Part shown: piece by piece, positions 7,621-15,569 of the stretch
Position numbering within the stretch: position 1 is the first letter of the stretch
Layout: each line of letters starts with the position of its first letter
Virus record (IMG/VR): IMGVR_UViG_3300021963_000022
Direction: 5' to 3' (one strand)
Length of the DNA stretch: 64,000 bases
Origin: a virus
Taxonomy: Duplodnaviria; Caudoviricetes
Notes under the pieces: model-generated
The model's database searches: none
What the model was told of the DNA's origin: nothing
Seen by the model: only the letters and a program-made list of their open reading frames with translations
Program-made: the position numbers and the translations under genes

Positions 7621-7682
7621 AGGAATCGAACCTCTATTGATAGCTTAGAAGGCTACTGTATGATCCATTATACTAACGCCAG
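7608..7682 (-). tRNA. tRNA-Arg(TCT)
   Basis: Loop CT TCT AA, CCA; 3' end overlaps the J-domain gene stop on the opposite strand. Confidence 0.92.
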
Positions 7683-7692
7683 AGTATTTGAT

Positions 7693-7768
7693 TGGCTCCC
7701 CTACGTGGGCTCGAACCACGGACATTTTGATTAACAGTCAAACGCTCTACCGACTGAGCTATAGGAGA
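7693..7768 (-). tRNA. tRNA-Asn(GTT)
   Basis: Loop CT GTT AA, G73, CCA. Confidence 0.95.
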
Positions 7769-7775
7769 ATAATTT

Positions 7776-7850
7776 TGGTGCCGACTATCGGATTCGAACT
7801 GATGACCTATCGCTTACAAGGCGATTGCACTACCACTGTGCTAAGTCGGC
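7776..7850 (-). tRNA. tRNA-Thr(TGT)
   Basis: GCCGACT acceptor, loop CT TGT AA, CCA. Confidence 0.95.
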
Positions 7851-7867
7851 ATATTTTATTTAAGCGT

Positions 7868-7896
7868 ATTGTATCATAGGAAAACTTTTATGTCAA
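7868..7896 (-). promoter_or_regulatory. sigma70-type promoter
   Basis: TTGACA-17 nt-TACAAT; -35 lies at the end of the HNH gene. Confidence 0.8.
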
Positions 7897-7897
7897 C

Positions 7898-8458
7898 CTA
7901 ATTCTGCCAAATCCTAGAATGTTTGGGTACTCCTGCTAACAAATATTCCATTTGGTCAGCAAGTATTGTTCTATGTTGTAATATCATATTTTCATAATGT
8001 GAAGGTACGTACGGAGAATAAAGCAATTCCATACGTACTTCTTTTAAACTTTTATGACCTTTTTTGCTGTTACAATCTTTACAAGCAGTAACAACATTCA
8101 TCCAAGTGTTTTCACCACCTTTGCTTTTTGGAACAATATGGTCTCTACTTAACATATGATAGTTAGGAAAGTGTTCACCGCAGTATGCACATACATGACG
8201 GTCACGACCGAACAATGTTTTATTGCTTAATGCTACACATGCATGTTTGTATGGATTAAATCCGTGACCTTTGATAGCGATGATACTAGATGCTTCTAAG
8301 TAGCTTAATGTACCGTCGTTTTGTATACCACCGCGATATTTAGCCACAATATTACCCATTGACCATGCTATGGCATCTTTTGCTTTATAGGTAATTGCGT
8401 CATCATTTGATATCCATTGCCGGGGAACTCCCGAGATATCTAGTGCTAGAACAGCCAT
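7898..8458 (-). CDS. HNH endonuclease (McrA/HNH_5-like)
   Basis: RDRHVCAYCG...DHIVPKSKGG..TWMNVVTACKDCNSKKG; AAGGAG SD before MAVLALD. Confidence 0.88.
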   Translation of the reverse strand: MAVLALDISGVPRQWISNDDAITYKAKDAIAWSMGNIVAKYRGGIQNDGTLSYLEASSIIAIKGHGFNPYKHACVALSNKTLFGRDRHVCAYCGEHFPNYHMLSRDHIVPKSKGGENTWMNVVTACKDCNSKKGHKSLKEVRMELLYSPYVPSHYENMILQHRTILADQMEYLLAGVPKHSRIWQN

Positions 8459-8505
8459 GTAGTACTCCTTTTCTGTTATTATCACTAATTGTATTTAATG
8501 CCATA

Positions 8506-8580
8506 TGGCGGGTCCTGCAGGAATTGAACCTACATCCCGAAGTTCGAAGCATCGTATTCTATCCATTGAACTAAGGACCC
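8506..8580 (-). tRNA. tRNA-Arg(TCG)
   Basis: Loop CT TCG AA, CCA. Confidence 0.9.
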
Positions 8581-8586
8581 TATAAA

Positions 8587-8736
8587 GGTGGGAGCCTAAC
8601 TATCTTATTGTTAATAAGCCTCGTTAGATTGTCTCGTATAGGCAAGTTTACACACCCGTCAATCATACTATAGTGTCATCACAGTTAACCCCACTGTGAC
8701 TAGATTGACAGGGACTCAAACCTATCGTCTATCCCA
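8587..8736 (-). ncRNA. Candidate structured ncRNA (~150 nt)
   Basis: Nested stems TGGGA/TCCCA, TAGG/CCTA, CCCTGTCAATC/GATTGACGGG, TCACAGT/ACTGTGA; no ORF. Confidence 0.55.
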
Positions 8737-8740
8737 TAAC

Positions 8741-8814
8741 TGGCAGAGGGTACAAGAATCGAACTTGTGATCTCGGAATCAAAATCCGATGTTATGCCAT
8801 TTAACTAACCCCCA
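8741..8814 (-). tRNA. tRNA-Gln(TTG)
   Basis: Loop TT TTG AT, unpaired U1, G73, CCA. Confidence 0.93.
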
Positions 8815-8821
8815 ATAAATC

Positions 8822-8898
8822 TGGTAGCCTCACTGTGACTCGAACACAGGACCCCCGCCTTATCAAGACGGTGCTCTAACCAACTGAGCTATGAGGCT
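8822..8898 (-). tRNA. tRNA-Ile(GAT)
   Basis: Loop TT GAT AA, CCA. Confidence 0.95.
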
Positions 8899-8902
8899 AT
8901 AA

Positions 8903-8977
8903 TGGTGGATGTAAGTAGATTTGAACTACTGACCTATTCCGTATGAAGGAATTGCACTACCGCTGTGCTATACATCC
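8903..8977 (-). tRNA. tRNA-Met(CAT), elongator-like
   Basis: Paired 1:72, loop TT CAT AC, CCA. Confidence 0.85.
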
Positions 8978-9056
8978 TGGTACCCCTGATCGGGTTTGAA
9001 CCGACAACTGGCGCTCTCTCTTGAAGAACCGACTTTTCCTATTTGTCTACAGGGGC
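8978..9056 (-). tRNA. Atypical tRNA, best fold gives AAG (Leu) anticodon
   Basis: GCCCCTG acceptor, Leu-like D loop, stem GTTCT/AGAGC with loop TC AAG AG (C33), short variable region, ACCA. Confidence 0.65.
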
Positions 9057-9062
9057 ATTACT

Positions 9063-9139
9063 TGGGGTGCTTGATGGGATTCGAACCCACGTATATCGGA
9101 ATCACAATCCGAGGTCTTAACCGCTTGACGACAAGCACC
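9063..9139 (-). tRNA. tRNA-His(GTG)
   Basis: Encoded G-1:C73 8-bp acceptor, loop TT GTG AT, CCA. Confidence 0.95.
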
Positions 9140-9152
9140 ATGGTGGAAACGG

Positions 9153-9242
9153 TGGAGGAAGATAACAGAATCGAACTGTCACCTATTCATCATAAGTGGG
9201 ACGGTTTTCAAGACCGTGTCCGCGCCATGCAGCCTATCTTCC
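9153..9242 (-). tRNA. tRNA-Ser(TGA), U73 discriminator
   Basis: GGAAGAT/ATCTTCC acceptor, loop CT TGA AA, long variable arm, TCCA. Confidence 0.82.
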
Positions 9243-9686
9243 ATTGTTTCTATTTTTAGACTTATATGTAGGGAGTTGCGAATCGCAATTACTACACACA
9301 AATCTTAAATTTTCTAAACGATTGTCATTATTAATCCCGTTAATATGGTCAAGTATTAACGGCATTGGTTTATCTTGCCATTCAGGTCCTATATTACAGC
9401 AAGCACATTTGTACTCTATTAAGTTTTTTGATTTTATTCTTGCTTTAATACTATGCCGTGCATATGTAGAATTTTCACAAAACACCTCTGCATCGGGATA
9501 TAATATATCCCATTTAGCATGACGCCCTAATTTTTTACCTGTATTCCAAGCAATATGTCCTTTTTGTGCTCCTGCTTTAGCTGAATGCTTGTGTTTAATT
9601 TTATTTGGATTACTATGACATGACATTTCATGTGCTTTTAGCGATCCTTTGTTATTTATTTCTCTGTTACAATGTGGGCAGTTCAT
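9234..9686 (-). mobile_element. HNH homing endonuclease with N-terminal zinc-finger-like segment
   Basis: CPHC...H..SCH; CACC...LILDHINGINNDNRLENLRFVCSNCDSQ; stop codon inside tRNA-Ser(TGA). Confidence 0.85.
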
Positions 9687-9773
9687 AATAGTTTCCTTAC
9701 TCTTATTTATGCTTTATAGCAATAATTTGACATTTTGATGCTATAAACCTGACTCTGCCACGTTTCCATAATA

Positions 9774-9850
9774 TGGTAGAAGCAGTGGGATTCGAACCCA
9801 CGACTCTCGGATTAAAAGTCCGATACTCTAGCCAACTGAGTTATGCTTCC
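9774..9850 (-). tRNA. tRNA-Lys(TTT)
   Basis: Loop CT TTT AA, CCA. Confidence 0.95.
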
Positions 9851-9856
9851 ATATAT

Positions 9857-9933
9857 TGGTGCGACCGGAAGGACTTGAACCTCCGACTCCCTGTTTCGTA
9901 GACAGGTACTCTAATCCACTGAGTTACGGTCGC
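9857..9933 (-). tRNA. tRNA-Arg(ACG)
   Basis: Loop CT ACG AA, CCA. Confidence 0.93.
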
Positions 9934-9998
9934 ATTCTAAAACATACTTTGGGGATTTCACTTAACGCCTCCCTAACTCAAAGTATGTTTTAGAATGC
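9932..9998. repeat. 20-bp perfect inverted repeat abutting the tRNA-Arg(ACG) 5' end
   Basis: gcattctaaaacatactttg (9932-9951)/caaagtatgttttagaatgc (9979-9998). Confidence 0.85.
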
Positions 9999-10288
9999 CG
10001 TGTATCTCTACACGACACGATAGGGTTATACCCTACCCAGTAGTCTTACTCTTTGTGTTATCGCCACAAATTTCATATATACTGTCCGCCCATTCTATAC
10101 ATTTTGCGCTGTATCACGGCTCTCGTTGCCTGTTCACGCTGTCTATCAAGTGATACCAGTCTGCTCGTTAGCTTTCTTAGTAGCCATATGATAGATCCTA
10201 GCACGGTCGATTTTATTCTGTATCAACTGTGCTAAATCTTCCTTTGTCAAAACATGATTGCTAAACCAATCTCGTTTGTCTTCAGAAG
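9999..10288 (-). ncRNA. Candidate structured leader/ncRNA heading the tRNA operon
   Basis: Minus-strand hairpins CGTGTA-GAGA-TACACG (GNRA), TAGGG/CCCTA, TTTGTG/CACAAA, TCTATCA/TGATAGA, TAGCAC/GTGCTA; begins just below the promoter at 10295. Confidence 0.5.
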
Positions 10289-10294
10289 TTTTGT

Positions 10295-10323
10295 ATTGTA
10301 TCTCTTTGTCCATTTATTGTCAA
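10295..10323 (-). promoter_or_regulatory. sigma70-type promoter heading the tRNA/ncRNA array
   Basis: TTGACA-17 nt-TACAAT. Confidence 0.8.
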
Positions 10324-10351
10324 ATTTCCTTTTGTTGTATTTTTACAACGC

Positions 10352-10390
10352 TAACAAAAAACCCTGAGAGTCTTTCGATTCCCAGGGTCT
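10352..10390 (-). terminator. Rho-independent terminator
   Basis: AGACCCTGGGAATC-GAAA-GACTCTCAGGGTTTTTTG on the minus strand. Confidence 0.8.
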
Positions 10391-10417
10391 TGATAATGTC
10401 GTTATGATGTTAACTTG

Positions 10418-10552
10418 TTACCTAGGCCCCGGGCTATACTCTAGTGTATCATTGCCGCGAATACTTGTTGGATATACTGGTGCAAAGGATACTGTGGCGA
10501 TTGACTGCCATTGTCCCATATGCTTCAGCGATTTACAAGTTTTATTCATCAT
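10418..10552 (-). CDS. Short leader-peptide-like ORF (44 aa)
   Basis: MMNKTCKSLKHMGQWQSIATVSFAPVYPTSIRGNDTLEYSPGPR immediately before the terminator; CTAAATA upstream. Confidence 0.45.
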   Translation of the reverse strand: MMNKTCKSLKHMGQWQSIATVSFAPVYPTSIRGNDTLEYSPGPR

Positions 10553-10697
10553 AGTCTTTTATTTAGTCCTGGTTGTAAATTAGTGCTAAATTGCACTTTT
10601 TCAATTCATGCTGAAGTATAACAGACTATTGATTAAACGTCAACCTTTAGTTTACCCAAATAGTTATACAGCTACAACAACAGTCACTAAATATTTC

Positions 10698-12248
10698 ATG
10701 CTATTCATACCTACTAACTACGAAACCGTCTTCCTTAGCTATGACGAACCAAATTGCGAAAGTAATTACAAACGTCTATTAGAACTATGTCCAACTGCTA
10801 AAAGAGTACACGGAGTCAAGGGATCTGATACTGCACACAAAAAAGTAGCTGAACTATGTACAGGTGATCGTGTTAACATCATCGACGGTGATAACTATGT
10901 GCGGTCTGACTTCTTTACAAACGAGTATAACATAGATGACTTTAATTGTAAAGTTGTTAGCTTTAGTACTAGAAATCATATCAACGGACTACAATATGGA
11001 AACGGTAGTATCAAATCATGGCCCGTTACTCTACTAAAAGAAATGCGTACCCATGAAAATACAAATAGTAATACTACATTAGTAGACTTTGACTTTGGTA
11101 ACTATCTGCAGGTTAACACTCTAGGTAGCTGTGTTATTAACAACGGTAGCCCATTACAAGCGTGGCGTGCTGGATTCCGTGAAGGTGTTAAACTATGTAT
11201 GAGGAATGGATTAGTTGTATCTAGTCTAGAGGAAATCGACTGGCGTAACTTTGATAGACTATGGAACTGGATGCACATAGGCAGTGATGTAGTCAACGGA
11301 CTATGGGCTATACACGGGGCACGTTTTGGATGCTGGCAAGCATTACTTAACTTCGACTTGAAAAATCTACATGACTTTAACTATATAGATAATATGTTCT
11401 ATGACCTTACGTTTAGCGATTCAAAATTTAGAGATAGATTAGAAACAGAATGTAACAGAATTGGTCAACTAATTCGTGTAAAAACAAACGACCGTAGAAT
11501 AAAAAACGTATACAGCAATGGAGATAGCAAACTGTACAAGGAACAAGTAAAACCTATATTACGCTGTCCTGACAACAAACCATATGACATTGTATTCATT
11601 AGCTATAATGAACTCAATTGTGACAAAAACTACAAACTTTTGTTAACAAGATTCCCTAGAGCTAAACGCATACATGGAGTCAAGGGAATACACAATGCAC
11701 ACATAGAAGCGGCAAAACTGTGTGATACTGATTACTTTTGGGTAGTTGATGGTGATGCTGAAATTGTAGATGACTTTAAGTTTGACTATGTTGTACCTTT
11801 CTATGATAACTTATGTACACGTGTTTGGAGAGCAAAGAATCCAGTCAATGACTTGGTATATGGATATGGTGGAGTAAAACTATTACCCAGAACAGCAACG
11901 GTACGAATGAATACAGACAGACCTGATATGACTACAAGCATATGTAAGAACTATGAACCCATAATGGTTGTTAGTAACATAGCACAATTTAATACTGACC
12001 CATTCAATACATGGAGATCGGCATTCAGAGAATGTACTAAACTAAGTAGTCAGGTCATACCCGGACAAATTGATGACGAAACAAAGAAACGATTAGACAT
12101 ATGGTGTACAACGGGTACTGACAGTTATGCAATCGATGGTGCTATCAAAGGACGTGAGTACGGTGAACAGCATAGACATAATATGAATATGCTACAAAAG
12201 ATAAATGACTTTGTGTGGATGAAGGAACAGTATGACAGATTTCACTGA
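10698..12248 (+). CDS. Tandem-duplicated GT-A-like (DxD) protein
   Basis: Two homologous halves VF.SY.E.N...NY..L....P.AKR.HGVKG...AH...A.LC.....(I/V)DGD; start 4 nt after CTAAATA. Confidence 0.65.
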   Translation: MLFIPTNYETVFLSYDEPNCESNYKRLLELCPTAKRVHGVKGSDTAHKKVAELCTGDRVNIIDGDNYVRSDFFTNEYNIDDFNCKVVSFSTRNHINGLQYGNGSIKSWPVTLLKEMRTHENTNSNTTLVDFDFGNYLQVNTLGSCVINNGSPLQAWRAGFREGVKLCMRNGLVVSSLEEIDWRNFDRLWNWMHIGSDVVNGLWAIHGARFGCWQALLNFDLKNLHDFNYIDNMFYDLTFSDSKFRDRLETECNRIGQLIRVKTNDRRIKNVYSNGDSKLYKEQVKPILRCPDNKPYDIVFISYNELNCDKNYKLLLTRFPRAKRIHGVKGIHNAHIEAAKLCDTDYFWVVDGDAEIVDDFKFDYVVPFYDNLCTRVWRAKNPVNDLVYGYGGVKLLPRTATVRMNTDRPDMTTSICKNYEPIMVVSNIAQFNTDPFNTWRSAFRECTKLSSQVIPGQIDDETKKRLDIWCTTGTDSYAIDGAIKGREYGEQHRHNMNMLQKINDFVWMKEQYDRFH

Positions 12249-13209
12249 TATACCATTTGAACGAATAGTTAAGTTTGGTCAGGCTACAATGCTTGATTCT
12301 AACCTATTCAGTATCAGTTGGATATTAGGTAGATTCTGTAACTATAGTTGTAGCTATTGCTGGCCCTATGCTAACAGTCAAACACCAGACTATAAAGAGT
12401 TTGAAGTCTATACTAGAGCTATTGATAGTATCAAAAAACAAGCAAGACATAACGGATTCACTAAGTTTCATTGGAGCTTAAGTGGCGGTGAACCTACCGC
12501 TTATAAGCAATTGAATGAACTTGTAGCACACTTGGGCGTTGAAGATTATCAAAGTATTCACATGACTACTAACTTAAGTCCCGGTATCAAATGGTGGGAA
12601 CGATGGTTAGAGAATACAAAATACATGCAACGCCGTAGTATTACTGCTAGCTTTCACCATGAGTTTGCAGATGAAGTAGAGTTTGGTGATAAGATATTAT
12701 TCTTAATGAATAACCAGGTGTTCGTAACAATTAATCAAGTTATGGTTCCTGAACAGTTTGAACAACTATATGATAGATGCAAACGATTTAATGATAGGGG
12801 TATCAACGTTACACTAAAGCCTCAAAGTGACCCTACAGCTAGCAGAGTAGTTGATGGATATACTGATGACATGCTATATCGTATGCGTACAGGGTTCCCA
12901 CAACAACTAAATCAACAAGACCTATATCAAGTTAAGTTAATAGATGATACTAACAAAGTATGGTATCTGGATCAAGCTGAACGCTTTAATAGTTTTGGAT
13001 TCAACAACTTTAAAGGATGGATGTGCAATAGTGGTTATCAGGGTATAGTAATTAGAGAGAATGAAGTTAAACGTAGCTATAGTTGTATGGATCAACCAAT
13101 TGGTACACTAGATAACTTTACAATATTCACTGAACCAAAAGTCTGTATATCAACCGCATGTGTCAGTTCAGCCGATAGTAAATTACCAAAAGTAAAATGT
13201 ATAAACTAA
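12232..13209 (+). CDS. Radical SAM protein with C-terminal Cys-rich (twitch-like) domain
   Basis: CNYSCSYC, SGGEPT, MTTN; C-terminal WMCNSG...C...C....C. Confidence 0.9.
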   Translation: MTDFTDIPFERIVKFGQATMLDSNLFSISWILGRFCNYSCSYCWPYANSQTPDYKEFEVYTRAIDSIKKQARHNGFTKFHWSLSGGEPTAYKQLNELVAHLGVEDYQSIHMTTNLSPGIKWWERWLENTKYMQRRSITASFHHEFADEVEFGDKILFLMNNQVFVTINQVMVPEQFEQLYDRCKRFNDRGINVTLKPQSDPTASRVVDGYTDDMLYRMRTGFPQQLNQQDLYQVKLIDDTNKVWYLDQAERFNSFGFNNFKGWMCNSGYQGIVIRENEVKRSYSCMDQPIGTLDNFTIFTEPKVCISTACVSSADSKLPKVKCIN

Positions 13210-14180
13210 ACAATATCAAAGAGATTCATTTAGAAATAACAAGCAAATGTCAAGCACGTTGCCCAATGTGCCCTAGACGACCTCATGGTGGACCACTCAA
13301 CCCATATATTGAACTCAATGAAATTACATTAGAAACATTTAAAGAATGGTTCAATGTTGACTTTGTGAAACAACTATCACGGTTGTTTATGTGTGGTAAC
13401 TTAGGCGACCCTATTGTTGCTAAAGATACACTAGAAATCTATCAATACCTACGTGAATCCAATCCCAATATTACGCTATCAATGAACACAAACGGTAGTG
13501 CTAAAGATACAGAATGGTGGAAGAAACTAGCTAAACTAAATGTCAGAGTTATATTTGGAATCGACGGACTAGCTGACACTCATCAATTATATCGTGTATC
13601 TACTGATTACCATAAGATTATAGATAATGCAAAAGCTTTTATTAGTGCGGGTGGCAGTGCTGAGTGGCATATGCTAGCATTTAAACATAATGAACATCAA
13701 ATAGAAAGTTGTGAACAACTTAGTAAAACACTAGGCTTTAACAAGTTTGAAGTTAAACACACTTCACGCTTTCAAAAAGATAATCTACCAGTAATAGATA
13801 ATGACGGTAAGACTGTTCATATCATTGAACCCACACAACGTAGTAAAGAACTACGTGACAGTGTATTGTCAGCTATCACAATAGACAGACCACAAATACT
13901 ATGCAAAGCACAGAAGTATAGTCAGTTGTATATAGGTAGTGACGGAACTGTTAGCCCATGCTGTTGGTTAGATGTTAACTGGTTCGCACCCATGAACGAA
14001 TCACGAATAGATTACATGGATCAGATCGGTGAGTTCCCTAATCTAAACAACAATACCCTAGAAGAAATCTTTGAATCACAATATTTCAATAAGATAGAAA
14101 ACACATGGAATAACAATTCATTAAAAGAATGTAGCAAACAATGCGGTGTGTTTGATAAGTTTGGAGAACAGTTTAAATGA
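13197..14180 (+). CDS. Radical SAM protein with twitch/SPASM domain
   Basis: CQARCPMC, CGNLGDP, NTNG, GIDG; LCKA...DGTVSPCCW...CSKQC. Confidence 0.9.
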   Translation: MYKLNNIKEIHLEITSKCQARCPMCPRRPHGGPLNPYIELNEITLETFKEWFNVDFVKQLSRLFMCGNLGDPIVAKDTLEIYQYLRESNPNITLSMNTNGSAKDTEWWKKLAKLNVRVIFGIDGLADTHQLYRVSTDYHKIIDNAKAFISAGGSAEWHMLAFKHNEHQIESCEQLSKTLGFNKFEVKHTSRFQKDNLPVIDNDGKTVHIIEPTQRSKELRDSVLSAITIDRPQILCKAQKYSQLYIGSDGTVSPCCWLDVNWFAPMNESRIDYMDQIGEFPNLNNNTLEEIFESQYFNKIENTWNNNSLKECSKQCGVFDKFGEQFK

Positions 14181-14782
14181 AAATTGATTTAGAACATTTA
14201 CACTACTGGATGCAAGCTATTAGAAATAGCGAGAACCAAATGCGAACCATGGATGCATTTTGGAGTGGACAACTTAAAAGTAAAGAATGGTTAATAGATA
14301 GCTTAGAGTTTGTTGTCCGTCCATATATTAACAAAACAAAACTAGCAGTAGACATTCACGGTGGATGGGTAGGGGTATTGGCTAGTATGTTATTTCAAAG
14401 TAATTTACATATATCATCTATACGTAGTGTTGATATAGACCATACTTGCGAATCAATTGCTAATATGATGAACCGTAAAGAAGAATTAGAGAATAGATTT
14501 AGAGCAGTAACATATGATATGTGTGACATTAGATCCGATGCTGATATCATTATTAATACAAGCTGTGAACATATTACACAGGATCAATATGATTTGTGGT
14601 TAAGTGGGCTACCACACAATAGTTTAATCGTGTTACAAAGCAATAACTATGACATACCAGAACATGTTAGAATCTGTAATGATTTACAGGACTTTAAGAG
14701 TCAAAGCAGCTTAAAAGTCCTGTTTCAAGGAGAGTTACAATTACCGTTGTACTCTCGTTATATGCTAATTGGTAAGTTATAA
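14177..14782 (+). CDS. Class I methyltransferase-like protein
   Basis: IHGGWVG motif I-like loop, SVDID, IINTSCEH. Confidence 0.6.
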   Translation: MKIDLEHLHYWMQAIRNSENQMRTMDAFWSGQLKSKEWLIDSLEFVVRPYINKTKLAVDIHGGWVGVLASMLFQSNLHISSIRSVDIDHTCESIANMMNRKEELENRFRAVTYDMCDIRSDADIIINTSCEHITQDQYDLWLSGLPHNSLIVLQSNNYDIPEHVRICNDLQDFKSQSSLKVLFQGELQLPLYSRYMLIGKL

Positions 14783-15502
14783 GTTTCTAACTAGTTTACC
14801 TGCTTGGGCATCAGCAATTGTAGCATCACTTGCGGCATTTTTAGGTATAGTAACTAATTGACCTTCAAGTGTAAGATATTGGTAGTTATCATCAACTAAT
14901 GTTAATGAATCAAAAACATTGTTGCTCACAAAGAAATTAATAGTAACATAACGTGTAGCTGTTGAATTATACTTTGCCCACGTAACATTTGATGTAGGGC
15001 AATACATGCTAGCTGTATTATACTGATTAGTAACCGTTGCATTCTCAGACTCTGGGTCATTGGATTTATATAGCACGGTTTCTATATTAATGTTTGGTGT
15101 CATAAACGAAACAATGTTACATACTTTGTCAATTGCACTATCATTAATATACGGAAATATATGATTGGGTGCTATTACACTAAATGAAGGTACACACATA
15201 ACACTAGAATAATTTCTATGATTTGGATACTTGGTAAAAATATTACTAAGATTATCTAGTATAGACTCATTTGCTTCTGAAATAAGGTCAAACGCTTCTT
15301 GGCCAATAGCATCTTTGGCATCATATATAGATATATTAGTCAAACCATCATACGTTTCGGTAGGATTTAAAGTGGCTAATAGCCCTTGAATTCCTTCGGT
15401 AATTTTGGTGTGTGCATCAGTTTCAAAAAAACCAGAAACGCTTTGGTGAGACCATGGAGTCGTCTGAATTGGGGAGTTGAGTAGGTTATTAATGTTAAAC
15501 AT
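14777..15502 (-). CDS. Hypothetical protein, possibly degenerate 2OG-Fe(II) jelly-roll
   Basis: ORF 241 aa; TTPWSH..V.GFF N-terminus and ...R.VTINFF C-terminus; the HxD site reads INDS. Confidence 0.45.
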   Translation of the reverse strand: MFNINNLLNSPIQTTPWSHQSVSGFFETDAHTKITEGIQGLLATLNPTETYDGLTNISIYDAKDAIGQEAFDLISEANESILDNLSNIFTKYPNHRNYSSVMCVPSFSVIAPNHIFPYINDSAIDKVCNIVSFMTPNINIETVLYKSNDPESENATVTNQYNTASMYCPTSNVTWAKYNSTATRYVTINFFVSNNVFDSLTLVDDNYQYLTLEGQLVTIPKNAASDATIADAQAGKLVRNL

Positions 15503-15569
15503 AGTATTGTATTTATCACTGGAAATAAGGTTTATTAAAAGGACATGCTATAACTCAATAAATATTCTT

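Noticed and set aside
9141-9152. Extra TTTCCACCA between tRNA-Ser(TGA) and tRNA-His as an additional tRNA
   Set aside because: Only about 12 nt; at most a remnant 3' end, cannot form a cloverleaf
9153-9242. tRNA starting GGAAGAT as a selenocysteine tRNA or suppressor
   Set aside because: Anticodon is UGA (reads UCA, Ser), not UCA, and the acceptor stem is 7 bp; no CUA/UUA/UCA suppressor found, and genes end at normal stops, so no sign of recoding
3305-9522. Track ORFs 3305-3505, 5411-5635, 5616-5882, 7688-7879, 8996-9259, 9196-9522 and the upstream part of 3157-3396
   Set aside because: Translations of tRNA/ncRNA sequence or antisense shadows, with no protein motifs
10146-10313. 55-aa minus-strand ORF MDKEIQYKT...
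   Set aside because: Its start lies inside the spacer of the 10295-10323 promoter, so it is not on that transcript; the region is better explained as structured RNA, though not fully excluded
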